A DNA stretch of 64,000 bases from Callorhinchus milii (GCF_018977255.1 NW_024704742.1:110796001-110860000), one strand, 5' to 3'. Shown: positions 11,158-24,887, numbered from the stretch's first letter. Made by a program: numbers and translations. The notes: generated by a model not told the origin, from the sequence alone.

Positions 11158-13929
11158 GAATACCCATCCGTCTGACCTCCTATCACAGCATCAAGCTGCT
11201 TTTTGAATGAATCTCGTGTCCTGGCTTCTATCACCTTTTCTGGCAACCGGTTACAGTCACAGATTATCCGCTGAGTAAAGAAAAACGTTGTTATCTGTCC
11301 TGAAATTTTTCAATCCCACCTCTATGAAGTCCCTTCTGACTTGTAGGCTAATGATTGGAAAGGGTTACAAGAAAGAACAATTAAAGCCAGGATGCTGGTT
11401 TTATTTAAAATACAGTTTAATGCCCTAATGGGAATACAGCCTCAATATTCTGGAAAGATGAGGATGGGCCAAAGGACCTTCTTAATTTCAATCTGTCTTG
11501 TGATCTTGTGGGAAAAGCTCTTACAATAATGAAAATAGGCAGGTTCACTGCTTTCTCAATTTCACCACAATATTGCACTGTACTACTACACTGGGTCGGC
11601 TGTATAATGAGACCAAGACTGTTATGGGTGAGATGATGTATTATGCACACACATTTTGTTATCAAAATGAAACCTTTGTTTCTGTGGTTTTGGAGGAAAC
11701 CTTGCTACACTCTAAACATCTTGCCACTTTGCATATTGTATGAGCATTTCATATTTCATCTTTTCTCAGAATCCAGATAGCTTAGTTGGTTAAGCACTGG
11801 ACATGGAAATCAGAATTTTCTACGTTGAAATCTAAGTGTTCAGCTCCTGCCATTAGCCTTTTGAAGTGGATAAAATCAGTACCAAGTCCAAAAGATATCC
11901 TACTTAGAGGAGGAGGGTACCGGAGACAGGGAAAGTGAAATTATCCAGGGCCCCAAATGACGCTTAAAGCACATGCGACAAATCCACAGTGAATAGGATA
12001 GTTGACCAGCCTGACCGATTCCTCAGTGAGACTTGGAACTGTTAAGCGTATTCTCAATTCTTTGACCCAATCTCTGTCTGTTAGCATGTCCGGGGAAGAG
12101 GGAAAACAAACGAGAAATGGCCACATTATCCTGCAAAGAGTCCTTTCCTTAACAATTTTCTCCCCTCCTCTTCTCTTTGAAGCATTCAACTCTTTTTTTT
12201 CTGGGAATATGGTTCCACAGACGCCTACGTGTTTGCCATTGATTCCTAAGCATATGATTTCATTTATTGTACAGGCTAGTGTCTTACAGGGGGCTTTGCT
12301 TTGTTTTCCAGGGACAAGGTCAACCCACATGTAAAAGATAATTCCCATTATCAGACTTGGGGTCAGGTTTCAGGTCACAGTATGCAAGCACTGAACAGTG
12401 CAGCTAAGAACATATTGTGACATCATAACATACAATTAGCTTAGTAGGCTTTCTATTCATGAAGATTAGTAATTAGTAACATTTAGTTATTATATAAAGG
12501 AAGATCATAAGTTAACCAGCATTTAGTATTCCAGTAACCTTCAATGAGCTATCTTTGTATTCACATTTCCATCTTCTGAAGCCTGTATGAACCTGTATTC
12601 TGGCTAACATTTCAAGTATTAAGACATATTTTATCTCATACGATAATTAAAAGAATTCAAAAGATTGATATCAAAGCTTGCTGATTACAGACAAGTCTGT
12701 GTCATTCATCGATTCAACCTCAACTCCACCTGGATATAATTCAGTAAACGTTTTGAAAGTTCAAACAGGAAGGACTGTAGATTTGGAATATTTAGGTGAA
12801 TGAGGTATACTGCTTGACAAGCAAATAACTGTAGAAAACAAATACAGTGGAACTCATTTCAGCTGGTTGCCAGTTAACCGTGGACAGCATGTAAATCGAA
12901 TTAAATGCCCAGCTCCGATTCATTTGTAGTTTACCTGTTTTAAATATGCCTGTTAATTCAGAAGAAAATATGGTTAATCTGGGCAAAATGCTGCACCAGT
13001 CGTTGCTTAATGTAGTCACCAGCTCCTTCTGTGTCACGAGCGGCTCCATACAGCCAAGAGTGGCTCCAGGATGGGACAAGTCACATTGCAATAGCCAGTG
13101 GACTCCATCCATTCACAAGCAGCTCGGAGGAGGGTGGGCAATGACTGCACCCGATGGACAGGGAGGGGACCAAATGCCATTAACACAAGCAATCCACAGT
13201 TATCACCAAAACATGATTATTGTTTGTTATTTTCCACCTGGTAATTTACCACAAACAGAAATGGATCAAGTTATTTTTTGAATAATTGGTCAAACCAACA
13301 TAACGTATGAGGCTCTGCAGAAGGAAGGGTTATGTAGACTATATTCTCAAATAGGTATTACAATAGAGAGTGACCTTGGGAGTTAGTAACATCAGTACAA
13401 TATTCCAGGTCATTTGCAGCACTCTGAGATGCTATTCGGCTTGAATGGCTCTATATAAATGCAAGTTGTTCTTGTTGCAAATAAAAAGGAAACTAATTGT
13501 TAGGTTAGCTTAGGGGATAATGTATAAGTCAAAAGAGATAATTTTAGAATTTTATCTGTCTTGACGAGAACATATCTGGGGTATTGCATATTGTTCTGCT
13601 TCCCTGATTTCAGAAAGCTATTCAGTTGTTCGAGGAAGTGCAGTGAAGACCACCATATTAACTTAGGATGGTAGGGGACAGTGCAATGAGGAACGATTTG
13701 CAATCCTAACAATTTACTCCCTTGAAAAGAGAAGACTGAATGGAAAAATAATTAATAAAACAGAAGGTGGAACTATCTACCAGCACAAGTGGTAGAACCA
13801 AGAACTGTAGAGAATTTCAAAAAGTAACTAGAGAAGTTCCTGGATATTAAAAGGAATCAGGCTCAGGTGATAAGATAGATGCAATAAATATAACTTTTGG
13901 GAAGGTGGTAGGTAAGTTAGGCAGAGCAA

Positions 13930-14950
13930 TGGTCTATTCCTACCTAACCCTGCCCTACCAACCTATCTGCTCCCACCCTCAGCGGGCCCATAACCCTGCA
14001 AACCCGTCCTCCTCAAATACCCGTCCACCGGGTTTTTAAAAGTTGTTATCGAATCGGCCTTGACCACCCTTTCAGGCAATCCATTCCAGATTCGAACAAC
14101 TCGCAGCGTGAAAAAATTTCTTCTCACCTCCCCTCTGCTTCTTTTAGAAACTATTTTGAATCTGTGACCTCGAGTCACCGACACACCCAACATTGGAAAC
14201 TGTTTTTCCTTTTCTAACCTATCAAATCCCCTCATGATTTTGAAGACCTCTATTAGGTCTCCTCGTAACCGTCTCTGCTCCAATGAGAATAATCCTAACC
14301 TCTCTAGTCTTTCCTCATAATCAAGGTCCCTCTTTCCTGGTACCGTTCTTGTAAATCTCCTCTGCACCCTTTACAATGCCTTAACATCCTTCCTATAGTA
14401 TGGTGCCCAGAACTGGGTGCGGTATTCTAACTGAGGCCTAACCAGTGTTTTATATAGGTTAATCATAACCTCCTGACTCTTGTACTCTATGCCCCTATTT
14501 ATAAAGCCTAGTATCTCATATGTCCTTTTTACAGCTTTATCTATCTGTCCTGCCACCTTCAAGGATTCATTTACCTGAACCCCCAGGTCTCTCTGTTCTT
14601 TCACCCCCCCTTAAGATTGTATTACCAGCCTATATTGCCTCCCCTCATTCTTTCTACCAAAATGCATTACCTCACATTTCTCCACATTGTAATTCATCTG
14701 CCATATGTTTGCCCATTTTACCATTCTGTCTGTGTCTTCCTGCAGTTGGCCCCTGTCCTTCTCATTGTTTACCACCCCACCTAACTTTGTGTCATCTGCA
14801 AACTTGGAAATGGTACTTGCTATACCCAAGTCCAGATCATTTATGTCTATTAAGAAGACCAGTGGTCCTAATACCGATCCTTGGGGGATGCCACTGTACA
14901 CTTCCCTCCAGTCAAAAAAGCAGCCGTTCACCACAACTCTCTGCCTTCTG
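13930..14950 (-). mobile_element. CR1 LINE, 5'-truncated ORF2 (RT domain to C-terminus) with 3' UTR
   Basis: ORFs 14611-14934, 14371-14604 and 13963-14367 share one frame broken by two stops. Motifs: [62 protein letters not shown]. Confidence 0.95.
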
Positions 14951-16006
14951 GCAAGATCTTATTCATCTTGCAGGCTTGCAAAATAGCCAGAGAAGGACCA
15001 CCCATCCAGTGGCTGATACCTCCCGATAAGAAAGTGTATGCAATTGATTTTGTAGTGCACTTGGAGGGACCAAGTGCTTATGATACCAGTGTGACCAGCG
15101 CTCATGAGAATTACAAAACGTATAATTTAATGTAAAAATGCGTAAAGTAAGCTATTTAATACAATGTGTGAAGTACAATTCTGCACAAGTCAACATTTTC
15201 CATAAATGTTTAATTCACACGTGTACATATTTTATTCAACTGTAAACTCCTGCATGGGAAGATAGTTTAACAAATAAAATGAGTTAGCTCATTACTTTCT
15301 CCTGCCCTATATAAACTGTTGGTTGTAATGAAGAGGCCCTTCGCTTTATTTGATCTCATCCTTTCAGAGTACTCACCTTACAATCCTCCCAGTACGGCAT
15401 CCAGTTGTTTTATAAATGAGTCCAGTGTTCTGGTCTCAACCTCCCTTCCTGGTAACCTAGTCTAGTCATTAATTACACTCCGTGTAAATAAATACTTCCT
15501 GGTGTTTGTTCTGAAATTGTCCTTTGAACCTGTGCCCTCTTGTTCTGCTGCTTTGGCATATTTTAGAGCATTATTCTGAGTTTTTTTCTCAATCCAATTT
15601 AGAATCTTACATACAACAGCCTAAATTATTATTTTCAACTGAACAATTTGCAGTTGCTTCCTTGCATCATTAGAAACTATCAGCATCAGCATTGTGACCG
15701 CTGCTTATATACTCTTTTAAGAGTCGCACCTCACACATGGAAATGTGCATCTTCACAAGTGCAAACTGTAGAGTCTTCATCTGAATTTGTTCCTTTTTTT
15801 TCCTCAATCCATCCTGTGTATTACAACAACAGCAACTTGCATTTATATAGCGCCCTTCATGCTACATGGGATCTCGGAGAGCTTAAATTCATTATTATTA
15901 AGTTCTTTATTATTGGTGTACTAACGTGTGACTGTACTGTAGATAGTACTGTGTACTTATGTTACTGATATGAGACTTGACTGCTGATTTCTCCATGTAT
16001 TAACAA

Positions 16007-16290
16007 TAATAATAATCTTTGCATTTGATATAGCGCCATATCACGTTATTGAGACGTCTCAAAGCACTTCACAGAATATATTGTAAAGTGGATTGACTGC
16101 ATTTTGTAGGTGAAACTTGGCAGCCAAATGTGCACAGCAGTGTCCCACAAACAGTCATGGATTGAATGATCGAATTATTATTATTATTTTTGAGGGATTA
16201 TTATCCCTGGAAAGCGATCCGCCAATTGATTAACAACCAAGTTCCTACTTACTGCTTGGTAAACAGAAACATGTGGAGTAAGGAAACCTG
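16007..16290 (-). mobile_element. tRNA-derived SINE, head-truncated
   Basis: Colinear with 10778-11090. Confidence 0.85.
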
Positions 16291-18667
16291 GCTAATATAT
16301 TGGCACATTTTTCCACCCAATTTACTACTAACCATTCTGAAAACATACGCATTATGGACTAGGTTGCATAGAAAGCAGCTGCCCTCCTATATCTCGCTCA
16401 AATGGCTCTTTATCGTGTGTGAGCTTTAGACAATGAACTTCAGCAAGAGAATCGATTGTGGGGAACATCACAGCCAATCATTGTATTTTATATACTACGT
16501 TATCCCATCAAAACGTCTCAAAGCACCTCACAGGATTTTCTGTGTAGTGTAGTGCCTATTTTTATTTGTAGGCTAATGTAGGAGTCAGTTTGTACATAGA
16601 AATATCCCACACATAGCCATGAAGTGAATGATCAATTTTACTTGGGGGATTGTTGTTAATCTAATCTTGTTTACTAAGTAAATGTGAAATCGTGCGAGAA
16701 GTATATCAAATTTGATGCTTGTATTCCTTCACCTGAAATGACATTGTTCATTATCACAATGCTTTAAGAAATTTAAGTTATAAACAAAGCTAAAATACCA
16801 GAAAATAAGAGGTAAAATAACCCTTGTAGTTCTTGCTTTTCTTGTCATAGAGAAATTAATAGTTTTCCTTGGCTTATGCATGAAACAATCTGTTTAAAAA
16901 GTGTTGTAATTTAATGTTGGAAAAATTAACACCATTTTAATAATAATCCTAGCATTTGACATAGCATCTTATCACGTCTTCCGGTCCTCTCAATGCACTT
17001 CACAGAATATATTGTAAAGTGAACTGGCTGTATATTTTGTGGGCAAATCTTCAGTAAGCTACACACAGTTTCTTCAACTTTTAAATATTATAATTTTATT
17101 ATGCACATAATATTTAGGTGAGTAGGGAAGTTTGTTTTTAAATTAAAATTTGAAAATTCAATGGAACTGCCTGAATAGTTAGGGCAATTTTTATTTCTGT
17201 TCAGGCTAATTGGACGAAACAGTTTGTTATTTGTTATTTGTACTCGAAGTATCTTTACGTTAATTACACGTTTGTGAATATCTTCACCTCACAGATATCT
17301 TCATCTTACTTTTTAGTTGTGATATTTACTAAACTGTGTTATTGCTATTTATACCACTAGGATCTGTGTCTAACAGTGGATTTAATGCATTTCTCATTTT
17401 TTAGCTGAACATCTTAAATACAATCTTATGATATCCCTATAAGCCCAACATGATTCCACGATTCTAAAACAGTGTTCTTTTGATTTACAGACATTTTACT
17501 AGCATACAAGTCTACAATAAGCAATGTAAAATGGCCTAAAACCAATGAATTAAAACCTGTATGGCATAATTTTAATACTGAAATAAATTAGTTACATCAC
17601 TGAAAAATTACCGCAAGAAAACAGCCTGATAATAACAAAGCAAAGAACCTTTCTACAAACACACCAGTTCCTGCCGTGAAGATCCATTCATCTGAATCGG
17701 GTATGTTCAAATTCACTAATGAATCCATTATTGATTCAGTGAAGTACACAGCCCAGGACCGCAGCAAACATTGCACAATCCGTTAGGAGCTCTTAAATAC
17801 TGAATGTACGTAACTAGACATCTCAATTTAACGAGACATACATTAAACAGCATTAATAGCCAGGCACTTAATGGATCAATTCCCGCTGTTTTGTGTAATG
17901 TGGAAATAAAAAAGAGCCTTATTAAATGACAAGCTTTCTCGGGTTTGTGCTAATTAATTATACACTGCATCTGACTGCTAATTTGGTGGGAAATGCAGCT
18001 CTAAACCATAGCTTCTGGTTGAACTTTGCCTTAGAACCATCTAATTCAGCATAGAATGCAGCTGTGGTCTTCTTCTGAACGGCGACAGTATTAAATTAGT
18101 GTACAAGGCCATCAATTTAATAAGTGCTGTATCGGATAATTTGAATAAGGACAGTATTAGTATTCAAGCAGTGCACAACTAAAAGCAGCTGACCTTTCAG
18201 ACCAGAGAGGGTCCTTGAACATATCTAGCGGGATAGCAGAACCTAATAATAAGCTGTCAATGTTAGACTGTCAAGAGAGACTTTTTGAACCCCATGCCAA
18301 TACCTCAGCAATTCTTCCTCTCCGGTATTTGAACATCTTTGTAAGACGTTATTCTGTAAATAGAATGAAGACAATGCAGTGGCTTTATGTGCTATTCAGA
18401 TTACTCCAGATGTTACCCTGATTTCAGTGTAAAGGATGGAAATGTGATCAGTGCAAACTGAGTGCCAACATAGCAATGTCTGGCTCAACACAAGACCATC
18501 AGACATCCATTCCACGCAGGTCAAACACCACATAATATACATAATATAAAACTGAGATCATGACATAGAAGCAATTTCTTCCATCCAAGAAGAAATAAAT
18601 AACGTCTAAAGCTGCTAAATTCAAATTCTGTCTTGAAAACTAGCCTGTAACTTTAAATATTATAGAT

Positions 18668-19012
18668 GTGGAGTCCTGTAGCTCAGTGGTTAGAGCACTT
18701 GCCTCGCAAGCGAGATAACTGGGTTCAATTCCCGACAGGGCGAAATGTGGGCAAGTTTTCTTACTCCTCACGTCTGTTCACCCAGCAGTAAGTAGGAACC
18801 TGGTTGTTAGTCGATTGGTAGATTGCTTTTCTGGGGTAATAATGCCTTTTTAAAAAATCCACGTCTTTTGTGGGACACCGCTTTGTACAATTGGCTGCCG
18901 CGATTTGCCTCCAAAATATACAGTCAATTCACTTTATAGTATATTCTGTGAAATGCTTTGAAAAGTCTTGAAAATGTATAAAGTGCTTTATCAAATGCAA
19001 GGATTATTATTA
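18668..19012 (+). mobile_element. tRNA-derived SINE, full length
   Basis: gtggagtcctgtagctcagtggttagagcac (A box) ... gggttcaattccc (B box) ... atcaaatgcaaggattattattat tail. Confidence 0.9.
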
Positions 19013-19959
19013 TGTATCAATATAAAATCAAGATTGATTTCCAGATTACGTTGACGACAACATTTAATTTCCTAATATGGTTGAGTTTAGTAACTCCTTG
19101 TGTGAGAGAATGACTGCTTGTTTTTAAAGACATTTATTTTTCCAAACTGTGCTCTTCCTTGATCTATTTCCACCACACAGTGTGAAAATAGCAAAGCCTG
19201 GATCACTCTCCTACATGATAACATAATAATAATCCTTCCATCTGATATAGCGCCTCTCACATTGGGAAGTCACCTCAAAGCACTTTGTGAAATGTAAAGT
19301 GTAGTGACTGTGTATTTTGTAGGCAAACATAACAAAGAACTCAGTTCACAATACTTATTTTTAAATCAATATAAAACAGTATAAATAATTGCTCTTTAAA
19401 CTTGGCAGTAGAGACAAAGAAAGCAATCCCCAGAATCTGCAAGCTGTTTATCATAGGATTTTAATGATAGAAAAAAGAAATAAAAAGATAAAATATTGAT
19501 ATGGCCAGGCCCCATAGCAAGGTGGAATGTGAAGTTATCTGATGTTAAGGTAAAAGCAGAAACGCACTAGTTTAAAAACATGTTTTACTATTTTGAAAAT
19601 TGCCCTCTGCTCTTCATCTGCATGTTTCTGCCAGTTAGGAACCAGAATTCAGGATCAAGAGCAAAGGTCAGTACAGTGAGTCCACAAACCACCCGTTCTT
19701 GAAATTGACCTCTGCTGTCAAAATTTCAATATCTTCAGAACATTTGATGCAAGTGCGATGATCTATTTCATGAGTTGGATTAGTCAGCACTATAAAAAAA
19801 CAGCAAGAGACTTCAAAAATGCACAAATAAATGAACATGATGGAAACCTTATAGAAATAAATAAAACATGCAAGTGTGCTGTGTGTTTACCACTACATGA
19901 ATGACAATTAAACTCACAGGAGAACAGTGTGTATGTATGTGTGGGGGGGTGCACATGTG

Positions 19960-21140
19960 TGAATGAGGGTGGCTGAAGGCACAGGTCAAAGAGTAAGGTC
20001 TTCAGACAGGACTTGAAGGAGACAAAAGAGGGGGTGAGGCGGAGGGATTGCGGGATAGAGTTCCAGAGTGTGGGGGCAGAGATGTTGAATGCCCAACCGC
20101 CAATGGTAGGGCAGGAAATGCGGGGGACCTGTGTACCAGGAGAATTTGTGCTAGTAGGAGTTGGTGCGAGAGATGACAGGGGCAAGCATGTTGAGGATGG
20201 ATGAGAGGGAATTGTTTAGAAGACTGACCAAGGAAGGTAGGTCATTACAGGAGGAGGACCAGAGGAGTTCAGATGCCTCCAGGGCAGTGGAGAGGGGATG
20301 GATTTTTCTCCAGGGGCAATAGGAGATGCAGGTGGGGTGGGTGATAGGGAGAGGAATGGAAGAGTTAAGGGAGATGAAATAGTGATCTCAAATGTCTTTG
20401 TCAGTGATGGTGACAACAGAGAACGTAAGGCCCCAGGTGATCACCAGGTCTAACGGGTGGCCATGGATGTGAGTGGCAGAGTTGATGTAAAGGGAAAGGT
20501 TGTGAGAGGAAAGGAGGGAGGAGAAGTCAACAGATGTGGAGCAAGAAGGGGTGAAGTGGAGGTTAAATTTGCCCAAGATTATGAGGTGTTCAGAACAGAC
20601 TCAGAGGCAAGAGAGAAGGGTGAAGATGTCAGAGAGGAAAGTGGAGGAGGTTTTGGGGGAACGATTAATGAGGAGGACTTTTAAGGAGTGATTGGAGGGA
20701 TAGTAGAGAGTGAGGTGCTCAAATAAGGAAAAGGATCCAGAGGAGTAAGAGGATAGACCCAGCGAGGAGCTGGAGATGAGGGCACACCACCACCACCACT
20801 TTGGGTCACGGGGCATGATGAAAAGTATAGCCAGGTGGCATGGCGTCAGTAAGGGGAAGATGTCATCTGGAGTGATTCAGGTTTCAGTGAAAACAAGGAT
20901 GCCGATTTTTTCATCCACTATCAGTTTGTGGACAGTGAGGGCTTTATTAGATAGGGAGCACACATTATGAAGGGCGATGCGGAGGGGACAGACAGCAGAA
21001 GAGTTTGCAGGATGCGTGGGTGGGGGAAAAGAATTGGCAAGAAGGGTGGGTATGTGAATGAGAGAGGAGAGGTTCACTCCCATGGGGTTGGGATTGATGG
21101 GGCTTGTGGTGAAAATGGAGGATGGGGCAGTCAGGGTGGC
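19960..21140 (-). mobile_element. L2 LINE relic: endonuclease region adjacent to the extreme 3' end, RT missing
   Basis: APE motifs (HNVCSLSNK, FTET, GKFNLH, THIHGHPLDLV) at 20216-21083 and C-terminal PTIGGWAFNISAPTLWNSIP...FKSCLKTLLF at about 19980-20130. Confidence 0.85.
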
Positions 21141-21290
21141 TGCAACACTAGAGGTGATAATCTACTTGCTGAAACCAATTTTAGCACAGTTCCCTCATTC
21201 AGATTAGAAATGCACATTGCTTTTATTCAAGTTATAAACGTACACCACCCAGGTCAGTAACTCTATCAAAAGTAATAATAATAATCCTTG

Positions 21291-21555
21291 AACAAAACAC
21301 AAAATACGATAGATGCTGGAAATCTGAAACAAAAACAGAGAGAGCTGGGAAAACTCAGCAGATCAGGCAGCATCTATGGAGAAAGGAAAGTGAGTCAACG
21401 TTTCGGGTCCACGACTCTTCGTCTGAAAGGAAAGTGAGTCAACTTTTCAGGTCCATGACACTTCGTCAGCTGAAGAGTCGTGGACCCGAAACGTTGACTC
21501 ACTTTCCTTTCTCCATAGATGCTTCCTGATCTGCTGAGTTTTCCCAGCTCTCTCT
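21291..21555. mobile_element. Palindromic Penelope-like terminal-repeat insertion with hammerhead-like motifs
   Basis: 84-bp inverted arms (21337-21420 / 21472-21555, one mismatch), a 44-bp tandem duplication (21381-21424 / 21425-21468), and a 13-bp TSD ataataatcc(t/a)tg at 21278-21290 and 21556-21568 inside a SINE tail. Confidence 0.75.
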
Positions 21556-23954
21556 ATAATAATCCATGCGTTTGATATAGTGCCTTATCACGTCTTCGAG
21601 ACATCTCAAAACGCTTCACAGAATACACTGTAAAGTGTATATTTTAGTGGGTGAAACAAGTGAAGAAATAGCTTAAGTAGTGTTAATTTTAAGCATTGGA
21701 AGCTGTTTGATTAACTTGAGCCTTTCTTAAAAAATAGTTGATGATGTTAAAATTTGGAGAACTACCCTGATATTGAAAACATTGCCATATCTATGATTTG
21801 TATACTGTATGCAAATATTACAGCCTATCTGTTTTCAGAGGTTAGCTCCTTACATCCACCACAACCAGAAAGAATGATTGTTCAAATTGCTGAAATAAAT
21901 TGCATAACAATCCCATTACAAAAATGAGACAAAGGAAATTAGCTATTGATATAATCACTTTCACAACCACTTGAATGCAGTATTTGCTTCACTGCAATGG
22001 AGTGAGGAATGGCAAAGGGATATGATGTTCAGGAGATAAAGGAAAGCAGACTTGGTCAGTTCCCAGATGAAAGATTTGAGGGTGAACAAAACAGGTTTCT
22101 CAAGTTGGAATGATGAATTGGGAAGGCTCAAAAGTAATTACCTCAAGTGAGGAGCACTGATGGAAGCCAAGCAGAATTCATCCAGAGATAAGCCACTCCT
22201 TCTTAGCCAGATAGGTAAAAGTTTTAACATTCAGGTTGGTACAGAGTGTCTTTTTTATAAATAAAATTCCCTCCTTCACAGATTTACAATATCAGTTTCT
22301 GATACTCTGCACATAGCTATCATTGTCAAACAGAAATCTTCAGTCTACACTTTTCATGAGCCCTATTAACTCTTATTTAGCCCCAAAATATTGTCTCTAC
22401 TTGGAAGTCTTTGCCCATAAAATAGGCGTATGATCTTTATCCTGGGAGGCACTTTCTTACAACTGTCGGACTCCAGATAGACTGCCCAGCCATTTAATCT
22501 CGTCATTGTTTCCCCACATTATTCACACATGTGAAGGGCTATTGAAAACCAGGGACTTCAAGTCACCACAGGTAGTAGGAGGTCCCTTTTGAAGTGGGGC
22601 TCAACATGCTTTATCAAGAGAACCAATTTACATTCTCTCTGTCTCTTTCTGTCCTGAGTTGTTGTTGTTGAATGTCTTTTTTAAATTGTAAGATATTAAC
22701 TAAAAGTTGGATCATGGTAACAGATAAGAAGGGATGTTCCACTTAATAGCCAGCTGCAATCCTGTTGAGAGATTTTCAATTGGCACCATCTGGCATCTTA
22801 ACACTATCATCAGCTGGTGTCAGAACTGCTGATCACTCTTCAAAGCTGTCACTGCTTCTATCTAACAGGTGTACGGTCTTCAACACTTAAACTGTGAAAT
22901 AATGTAAATCAACATGTAATAGGAACAGGGTAGGGGGGACTCAGGTCAGTAGAAATGGATGTAAAATCCCCTTTAGCAATTCTTCTGTTGTGACATCAGC
23001 ACAATGTCAGAGGTTGCGCTATGCCTATCTTATTAAGACCTATCTCTTCAACCGTGCTTTCAGCCACATTCCCGCCCCCGCCCCCACCCTCCTCAGCTCC
23101 CAACATGAAAGATACTTTCTCAATGTAAATTGTTGTTGTTGTACATCTGTTGTGAAAGTGCTGATTTTAAATGACCATGCAGGCAATAAGGAGGCACCTT
23201 GAATAATGTGCTCTTCACACTTCTTAATTACCTGAATGAGCCAATTGACTGTGGTAACTGTGACAAAGCCACTAATGGAGACATGGAGTTTGGAATTTTA
23301 GTAAGTTATGGACCAATGCCAAAATCTTTATACAGACATTTGGGACAAAAGAAAGTACATAAATCCCAGTGGGATAAACAAAAGGCATACTGACTTTTGG
23401 CAAGAAGCTCATTGTAATCTGAATCTATTAGCAATAAAATATTATTTACAGGAAAACATTTTTAAAGACGATTACTTTATTTTTCAATAAATCTTGCAAT
23501 TCTTTTAGGTGAAATATTTAAAACTTAAACACCATTTCTTATATTTGCCTCCTGTTTGTTGGGGGAATTCTCCTGGTGTTCTGGCCAACAATCTTCCAGA
23601 GAGAAAAAAAATGGTTATTCACTTCATGGCTGTTTGTGAGACCCTGTGGTGTGCAAATTGGTGGCTGTGTTTGCCTACAAAGACACAGTCACTACACTTT
23701 ACAATAAAAATTCAGTGAAGAAGGTTGAGACATTTTGACAATGTGATAGAAGGCTATATGGAATGCATTATTATTATTATGTTAAAAAATTCCTACAAAC
23801 ATCAGTAAACTATTTTGTGACATAAACAATGTAGATCTGACTTTCCTTTACAATTCAGCATTGGGTGAAGTGTTGGGTGAAGCTGATGAAGATAATGTAC
23901 AAGACTACATCCAGCATGGTGTCACAGCGACAAAGCATAGTTGTCATAATAATG

Positions 23955-24360
23955 AATATTTTACTTGTATTTGATAATGTACATTATCATGCAAAAACAT
24001 CACAATGTGCTTCATGAAGAGAGTTACTTTGAAGTGAGGTTGTTATGGAGGCAAATGTAGCAGCGGAACTGCACCAGAAATATCCGAGAAAGTGCATTGA
24101 GCTGAATGACAACATTTAATTTGTTTTGATGAATTTGAATGAGGCACAATTATTTGTCAGGGCATTGGGAGAGTTCCCTGCTCCTCTCTGAAATAGTGCT
24201 ACGGAACCACTTAAAACAGTCAGATGGAAACTCAATTTAATGTCTCTTCCAATGGATGGCACCTCTGACAATAAAGTGCTCCCTGAATACTGTACTGGAG
24301 TGTCAGCCTAGATTATCAGCTCATGTCCTGGTGTGGAGCTGAAACCACAACTTTCTACTA
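23955..24360 (-). mobile_element. Deu-domain SINE, degraded
   Basis: ggatggcacctctgacaat...tgtactggagtgtcagcctagatta matches the reverse complement of 33946-34370. Confidence 0.7.
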
Positions 24361-24668
24361 CTGTTTGAACTAAACTGACACTGCTATTTCAAACACTAGT
24401 ACCAGTTTTACTCTGGAGATAACTATATTTTTACCCAGCAGCATTTTATATATAGACTCTGATTCTGTAGAAGAAATCTTGCACACATGATTGCAAAGGC
24501 ATTCATGCCATAAGGAGTTATGGATGAATAGAACTAAAATCATTGTGTCTATTTGGCACTCTTTCAAGCTGCTGCTGAAATTATGGCTTCAGAGTTCAGT
24601 GTAGATGGGAGTGCATAGCTGCATAAACCTGCGAAAAGTTAAACAGGGTCATTCACGTCTCCACATAA

Positions 24669-24887
24669 GGCCTGAAATTCCACCTGATCTTGGCCAGTAA
24701 GACTGTTTTGTATTAAAAAATAAGATCATGCAAAACTGTGGAAAGTGATTAAATTCACTCATAATTTGGAAGCCTATTCTTTTTAAGAACTTTGTGTTCT
24801 TTTTAAGAACTCATTTTAAGAATTCTGAAGTCAAGGATGAAATCAAGCATTTCCACTGCATCCTAAGATGAGGTGGAATTTCAGGCC
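24669..24887. mobile_element. MITE, PIF/Harbinger-like
   Basis: 23-bp TIRs ggcctgaaattccacctgatctt / aagatgaggtggaatttcaggcc (one mismatch), flanked by TAA and TAC, with a non-coding interior containing ttttaagaa x3. Confidence 0.65.

Noticed and set aside
14520..15135. + strand ORFs of 84-169 aa
   Set aside because: Mostly antisense shadows of the CR1 RT. The unique tail (14973-15135) has no recognisable homology or partner exon.
18668..18745. tRNA-like sequences (also near 11085-11157, 36753-36825, 42305-42375, 56365-56420, 61080-61155)
   Set aside because: They are SINE heads: each continues into the same SINE body and tail rather than ending as a tRNA gene.
21337..21555. Possible miRNA precursor or CRISPR-like repeat
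   Set aside because: The TSD and repeat-family character indicate a mobile element; there are no spacers or cas genes and the context is eukaryotic.
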